This document shows, piece by piece, positions 58,880-64,000 of a stretch of DNA of 64,000 nt (position 1 is the first letter of the stretch; each line of letters starts with the position of its first letter). The DNA comes from an uncultured delta proteobacterium (GTDB lineage: Bacteria; Desulfobacterota; Binatia; Binatales; Binataceae), in assembly GCA_963794325.1 (NCBI GenBank), contig CAWCDG010000004.1, positions 224,001-288,000 of the forward strand, given 5' to 3'. The translations under genes and the position numbers were made by a program. Under the pieces are notes generated by a model that was not told where the DNA came from, searched no databases, and worked only from the letters and a program-made list of their open reading frames with translations.

Positions 58880-59686
58880 ATGCAATATGAGGCGATCGAA
58901 ATCAATCAAGACGGCCCGGTGGCATGGCTGACTCTCAACCGCCCGCATAATCTCAACGCGCTCAGCGCGCAAATGGTCGCCGAGCTCGAAGATTTCCTGC
59001 ATCGCCTGCCGACGCAGACCGAGACCCGCGTCGTCGTGATGAAGGGCGCAGGACGCGCCTTCTGCGCCGGGCTCGATCTCAAGGAACAGAATCGCGGCGG
59101 CACCGGGCTGGGCGCATCGACCACCGACACCGTCGAGAGCCAGCGCCGGATGAGCGATCTGGTCGTCGCGATTCGACGCGCGCCGCAGCCGTTCATCGCG
59201 GCAATCCGCGGACCGGCCGCCGGCGGCGGCTTCGCGCTCGCGCTCGCATGCGACGTGCGCATCGCAGGCGAGTCGGCCCGCTTCAACGCCGCATTCATCC
59301 GCATCGGGCTGAGCGCATGCGACATGGGCGTCAGCTATTTTCTACCGCGCGCCGTCGGCACTTCGGTCGCGTCCGAGCTGATGCTCACCGGACGCTTCAT
59401 CAACGCGCAGCGCGCCTTCGCCACCGGCCTCGTATCGGAGCTGATGCCCGACGCCGAAGTCGATGGCGCCGCTGCCAAGCTCGCCCTCGAGATGACTGAA
59501 ACGTCGCCGCTTGGCCTGCGCCTCACCAAGGAATGCCTCTCGCACAACATCGACGCCGGCAGTCTCGAGCAGGCAGTTGCGATCGAGGATCGCAACCAAG
59601 TGCTATGCGTCCGCGCCGGCTACATCGAAGAAGGCGCGCGCGCCTTCCTCGAAAAGCGCAAGCCCAAATTCGCCCCGCGCGCCTGA
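58880..59686 (+). CDS. Enoyl-CoA hydratase/isomerase
   Basis: LNRP, AFCAGLDL, GGGFALALACD, FLEKRKP. Confidence 0.95.
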   Translation: MQYEAIEINQDGPVAWLTLNRPHNLNALSAQMVAELEDFLHRLPTQTETRVVVMKGAGRAFCAGLDLKEQNRGGTGLGASTTDTVESQRRMSDLVVAIRRAPQPFIAAIRGPAAGGGFALALACDVRIAGESARFNAAFIRIGLSACDMGVSYFLPRAVGTSVASELMLTGRFINAQRAFATGLVSELMPDAEVDGAAAKLALEMTETSPLGLRLTKECLSHNIDAGSLEQAVAIEDRNQVLCVRAGYIEEGARAFLEKRKPKFAPRA

Positions 59687-59720
59687 CAAAAGAAAAGGGG
59701 CGGTTCGATGAACCGCCCCT
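59687..59720 (-). terminator. Intrinsic terminator between convergent genes
   Basis: AGGGGCGGTTC-GAT-GAACCGCCCCT with a T-run on the minus strand. Confidence 0.75.
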
Positions 59721-59748
59721 GAAGCACTCGCTACAAAAGCTCTATCGA

Positions 59749-60927
59749 CTAACTACTCGCCATCGTCGTCGCTTCGCCGAGCCGTGCCACCAGATACTCC
59801 GGCTGCCCGTCGCGCCACACCCTGAATTGCACGCGCTGCCCGGGAGCATATCCCGCCAGGATGTCGTTGAACACTTTCCCGTCGGGAATCGTCTTGCCGT
59901 CGAACTCGCTGATCACATCCCCCGCCTTGATTCCCGCTTTGTCCGCCGGCGATCCAATCAGCACCGCCTTCACCTTCGCTCCCCAGACTGCCGACGCCGT
60001 CGTCGTCGTGACGCCGAAGAACGCGGGCCCTCCCGCGGGCAGCAGGTCGGGATGCAGGAAGTGCACGCGATTAACCCCGTTCACTCGATGCACGATATCC
60101 GCGATCTTGCGCACCTCATTCATGCTGTAGACTTCGCCCGCGAGATACGCGTCGCCCTTCTTCGAGACCGACACGCCTATATCCGTGAACGCACGCACCT
60201 TGAGCGTATCTTTGATTCGCGCCTCGAGCACCGATGACTCCAAGGTCCGTGGCGCTGACGCCTGCTGAATATCCGTATCGGGCATCACCACCAGCGTCGA
60301 TATCACATCATCCGGGCTCATCGGGGTTGACGCCTTAAGCGCCGGCGTCGCGATACTCTGCGCCATCAAAGTCGGCTGACTGTGATTGCTCACAATCGGC
60401 GTGCGCATCACCAGCACCGCCACCAACACCATCAATCCGGTCCCCATCGCAGTGAACGCGTAGTCGCGGACCAGAGCATGACGATTCGCTGCGAGTGCCA
60501 CGACGCCCAGGTCAACGCCATCTGCGTCCTCGTCCTCGGCCTCGGCAGTTTCAAACGTGGATTCCGGGAAATCCAGGTCGTAGGCCTTCTCGGCGGCGGC
60601 GAGTCTCTCGAGCTCTTCGAACGTGCGCGGGATACCTTCGATCACCGCGACGACGTCATCGCTCGCCGACATCCCGGCGCTCGAATCGTCGCGCTCATCG
60701 GAAACACTCGCGCTGTAATCTGCCTGCTTGAGATCGCTGGCCGCCTGATCTTCGCCGCCCACGCGCCCGATCGTTCCCGACCCGCCCGCGTGATGTACGA
60801 CGGACTCGGTCCCGGTCTCGCCCCAAGCTTGTGCGCCAGCTTCATCCCTCTTCCGCTTGAAACGCATCAGCGCTTCTTCCAGCGTCAAGATGGAGTCTGT
60901 TGGCTTGCCGCCTCCGTTCTTACCCAT
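59749..60927 (-). CDS. Membrane-anchored BON + PDZ domain protein
   Basis: Acidic N-terminus, one TM, BON-like segment (AYLAGEV...VNGVNRV), PDZ (GSPADKAGIKAGDVI). Confidence 0.8.
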   Translation of the reverse strand: MGKNGGGKPTDSILTLEEALMRFKRKRDEAGAQAWGETGTESVVHHAGGSGTIGRVGGEDQAASDLKQADYSASVSDERDDSSAGMSASDDVVAVIEGIPRTFEELERLAAAEKAYDLDFPESTFETAEAEDEDADGVDLGVVALAANRHALVRDYAFTAMGTGLMVLVAVLVMRTPIVSNHSQPTLMAQSIATPALKASTPMSPDDVISTLVVMPDTDIQQASAPRTLESSVLEARIKDTLKVRAFTDIGVSVSKKGDAYLAGEVYSMNEVRKIADIVHRVNGVNRVHFLHPDLLPAGGPAFFGVTTTTASAVWGAKVKAVLIGSPADKAGIKAGDVISEFDGKTIPDGKVFNDILAGYAPGQRVQFRVWRDGQPEYLVARLGEATTMASS

Positions 60928-61077
60928 CGGAGCACCGCCTCCTGCTTGATTTAGCCATCCCTGAACTGAATCAGGATGTCTTTACTACAGATAGCAGGGA
61001 ATAACGTCTAGGCCAACCATGGATCGTTCAGTTGCCAACAGCAGCGGTCAGGCGCTGTTGAGATTCTCTAACTGCCG

Positions 61078-62409
61078 TTAGATTGCTTCACTCACGGCGT
61101 CTTCGCGCTGCGTCGGCTTCGGCCGCGATTCAAGCGGAGTGTAATGCCGAATTCCTTCGCCGACGTAAACCTGCCGCGGCCGCGCGATCTTCTGCTCGGG
61201 ATCCCGCACCATCTCGGCCCATTGCGCCATCCATCCCGAGGTCCGCGGTATCGCGAACAGCACCGGGAACATCTCCATCGGGAACCCCATCGCCTGGTAA
61301 ATTATCCCCGAATAGAAATCGACGTTCGGATACAGCTTGTGCGAGATAAAGTAGTCGTCCTGCAGCGCGATTCGCTCGAGCTCGACTGCGATATCGATCA
61401 GCGGATTGCGCCCGGTCACCTCGAACACCTGCGCCGCCATATCCTTCAGAATCTTCGCCCGCGGATCGTAGTTCTTGTATACCCGATGGCCAAAGCCCAT
61501 CAGCCGCCGCTCGCCCTCTTTCACCTTCCTGATCATCGCCGGGATATTCGACACCGATCCGATTTCCATCAGCATCCGGATTGCGGCCTCGTTCGCACCG
61601 CCATGCAGCGGGCCATAGAGCGCCGCAATCGCCGCCGCCGCGCACGCATACGGATCGGGCTGCGAGCTCCCCACCGCGCGCATCGCATTGGCCGAGCAGT
61701 TCTGCTCGTGATCGGCGTGCAGGATAAACAGCACGTCGAGCGCGCGCTCGAGCACCGGATTCGGGTGGTACTTGATCTCCGTCATCTTGAACAGCATCGA
61801 GAGCAGATTACCGGTGTAGCTGAGATCGTTGTCGGGATAGACGTAGGGCAGTCCCTTGGTATGCCGGTACGCGAACGCCGCCAGCGTCGGTATCTTGCCG
61901 ATTAGCCGGCGCGTCTGCAGGCGGCGCGATTCGAGGTCGTGAATGTCGTTGGCGTCGGGATAAAACGTCGAGAGCGCCCCGACCGTCCCGAGCAGCATCC
62001 CCATCGGATGCGCATCGTAGCGGTACCCCTCCATAAACTTCTTGATATTCTCATGCACCATCGTGTGAATCTTGATGTTGTGCTCCCAGCGCGCGTAATG
62101 CTCCCGATCGGGCAACTCGCCCTTGACGATCAGATACGCCGTCTCGAGATAGTTGCTCTTCTCGGCCAGCTCCTCGATCGGATACCCGCGATAGCGCAGG
62201 ATCCCCTTGTCGCCATCGATAAAGGTGATTCTGCTCCGGCATGAAGCCGTATTAGTGAACGCCGGATCATAAGACATCAGCCCAAAATCATCTTTCCCAA
62301 CCCTAATCTGCCGCAAATCCGCCGCCCGAATGACATCCCCTTCTTCGATCGGAATCTCATATTTCTTCCCAGTCCGATTATCCGTAACGGTAAGCGAATT
62401 ATTAGCCAT
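61078..62409 (-). CDS. gltA: Citrate synthase
   Basis: LHADHEQN, GPLHGGANE, GFGHRVYK, YPNVDFYSG. Confidence 0.97.
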   Translation of the reverse strand: MANNSLTVTDNRTGKKYEIPIEEGDVIRAADLRQIRVGKDDFGLMSYDPAFTNTASCRSRITFIDGDKGILRYRGYPIEELAEKSNYLETAYLIVKGELPDREHYARWEHNIKIHTMVHENIKKFMEGYRYDAHPMGMLLGTVGALSTFYPDANDIHDLESRRLQTRRLIGKIPTLAAFAYRHTKGLPYVYPDNDLSYTGNLLSMLFKMTEIKYHPNPVLERALDVLFILHADHEQNCSANAMRAVGSSQPDPYACAAAAIAALYGPLHGGANEAAIRMLMEIGSVSNIPAMIRKVKEGERRLMGFGHRVYKNYDPRAKILKDMAAQVFEVTGRNPLIDIAVELERIALQDDYFISHKLYPNVDFYSGIIYQAMGFPMEMFPVLFAIPRTSGWMAQWAEMVRDPEQKIARPRQVYVGEGIRHYTPLESRPKPTQREDAVSEAI

Positions 62410-62428
62410 CACCCTACCTCGACTCTGA

Positions 62429-63396
62429 GTGGCACAGGCTTCAGCCTGTGATTGACGTTCAACACGATGTTGAGTGTCACAGGCTCAGCCTGTGATTAAC
62501 GTTCAACATAAATACAGTATGCGTCATTCCTCATTTCATGTCCAAGACCGGAGAATCACAGGCTAAAGCCTGTGCCACTTAAATTCAGTGCCCCAAGCTT
62601 CAGCCTGTGATCTTCGTCCTGTGTGCCACAGGCTTCAGCCTATGATTGGGCATCCCGTAATTTTGGTTCCGCATGCAACCCAAGAATCCTCGAAATCCAA
62701 AGACCTGAATGGTTTAGTGAATTAGTGGCACAGGCTTCAGCCTGTGATTTTCTGCCCTCATGCAACCTAAGAGTCCAACCATGCCTGACGTTCCCGGATT
62801 CCAATCCATAGATCCCTGGAAATCCAATGAGCTGACCTATACCCGCCGCAATCTCCCCCACCTCGAAGTACCCGGGGCTACTTACTTCATAACCATCCGA
62901 TGCAATCGAGGGATTCAGCTTCCTGACCGGGCTCGCGATCTAATCATGGCCGCGATCGAGGCCTGCAATGGCAGGAGCATCGACCTGGATGCGGCCGTAG
63001 TGATGCCCGACCATGCTCACACGATCTTCAGGCTCATCGAGCCTCACAAACTGAGCCGGGTCCTGCAGCAGATCAAAGGCCGCTCCGCTAGACAGGTCAA
63101 TCAGTTGCTAAATCAAAAGCACAGAATGAGGCGTATGTCACTGTGGATGGATGAGAGCTTCGATCACATCATCCGGCATGAAACGGAGTTTGAAGAAAAA
63201 ATCGAATACATCAAACAAAACCCCGTCAGAAATGGGTTTGCATCGAAACCAGAAGACTATAGCTGGCTGTTTACTAAGAGAATCACAGGCTAAAGCCTGT
63301 GCCACTCTAGGCAACGAATTAACGGTGCTGAAGGATTTCAGTGGCACAGCTTCAGCCTGTGATCCGGATTTTGGCGGCGCAGGCTTTAGCCTGTGA
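62429..63396. repeat. Cluster of nine REPs, consensus GTGGCACAGGCTT(C/T)AGCCTGTGA
   Basis: Starts at 62429+, 62474+, 62556-, 62588+, 62623+, 62725+, 63283-, 63341+, 63374+. Confidence 0.92.
62760..63293 (+). mobile_element. REP-associated tyrosine transposase (RAYT/TnpA-REP, Y1 HUH)
   Basis: RRNLPH, YFIT, VVMPDHAH, FDHIIR, YIKQNPV; flanked by REPs. Confidence 0.92.
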
Positions 63397-63487
63397 TTTT
63401 TCTCTCCATGCAGCCTCCGACGCGCGTCCCCGCGTATGTAGTTTCAGATGCTCGCAACCATCTTCGCGCCATGCCACTCTTTCCCAA

Positions 63488-64000
63488 ATGATCGATAAGC
63501 TAATCACCGCGCTCTCCGGCTTTATCGTCGCGACGATTTCCGCGCTCGGATACGGCGGGGTCGTTCTGATGATGGCGATTGAGAGCGCATGCATCCCGCT
63601 GCCCTCTGAAATCATCATGCCGTTTTCCGGGTACCTGGTTGCGACTGGACGCTTTGGGCTCCAGATGGTCGCGATTGCCGGCGCCGTCGGATGCCTGCTC
63701 GGCTCCTACGTCGCATACTTTGTCGGACAACACGGCGGCCGCCCGTTCATCGAGCGCTACGGCCGCTACGTCCTGGTCGGGGAGCACGAGCTCGAAACCG
63801 CCGACCGTTTCTTCGCGCGATGGGGTTCGCACGCCGTCTTCTGGAGCCGGATGCTGCCGGTGGTCCGCACCTTCATCGCATTTCCCGCCGGCGTAACGCG
63901 AATGAAACTCATCCCGTTCACCATCTACACCCTGCTCGGCTCATACATCTGGTGTCTCGCGCTCGCGTACTTCGGGATGAAACTCGGGCAGCACTGGAAA
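63488..64000 (+). CDS. DedA family protein (3' truncated by window edge)
   Basis: My translation: MIDKLITALSG...GYGGVVLMMAIESACIPLPSEIIMPFSG...RMLPVVRTFIAFPAG. Confidence 0.92.
   Translation, partial: MIDKLITALSGFIVATISALGYGGVVLMMAIESACIPLPSEIIMPFSGYLVATGRFGLQMVAIAGAVGCLLGSYVAYFVGQHGGRPFIERYGRYVLVGEHELETADRFFARWGSHAVFWSRMLPVVRTFIAFPAGVTRMKLIPFTIYTLLGSYIWCLALAYFGMKLGQHWK

Noticed and set aside
62429-63396. CRISPR array
   Set aside because: Mixed orientations, irregular spacing, no cas genes; fully explained as RAYT-associated REPs

Overview
GC-rich bacterial chromosomal window with roughly 60 protein-coding genes and one tRNA-Leu(CAA). Gene content suggests a soil Deltaproteobacteria-like lineage such as Candidatus Binatota (inference, not a database result). 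Main content: (i) many aromatic/lipid/CoA-metabolism genes (boxCB without boxA, acyl-CoA ligase, CaiB, enoyl-CoA hydratase, a P450 flanked by twin esterases, and a Cys-less thiolase/DUF35/PHP/MaoC operon); (ii) a ~13 kb minus-strand respiratory block (alternative complex III actABCDF, no actE, plus a caa3 oxidase with fused subunits I+III) lying between dapB and dapL-folK-fsa; (iii) housekeeping genes (glgX, ispG, gltA); (iv) an MNT-HEPN toxin-antitoxin pair; (v) a RAYT transposase in a nest of nine REPs, plus at least three other palindromic repeat families. The most unusual locus is 18.5-20.2 kb: a sigma70-like promoter, a ~220-nt structured candidate ncRNA, a sigma54 promoter, a stand-alone ImmA/IrrE-like HEXXH protein, and a ~285-bp foldback element. 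Three genes carry apparent frameshifts, which may be assembly errors. All calls come from motif recognition by eye; no searches were run.
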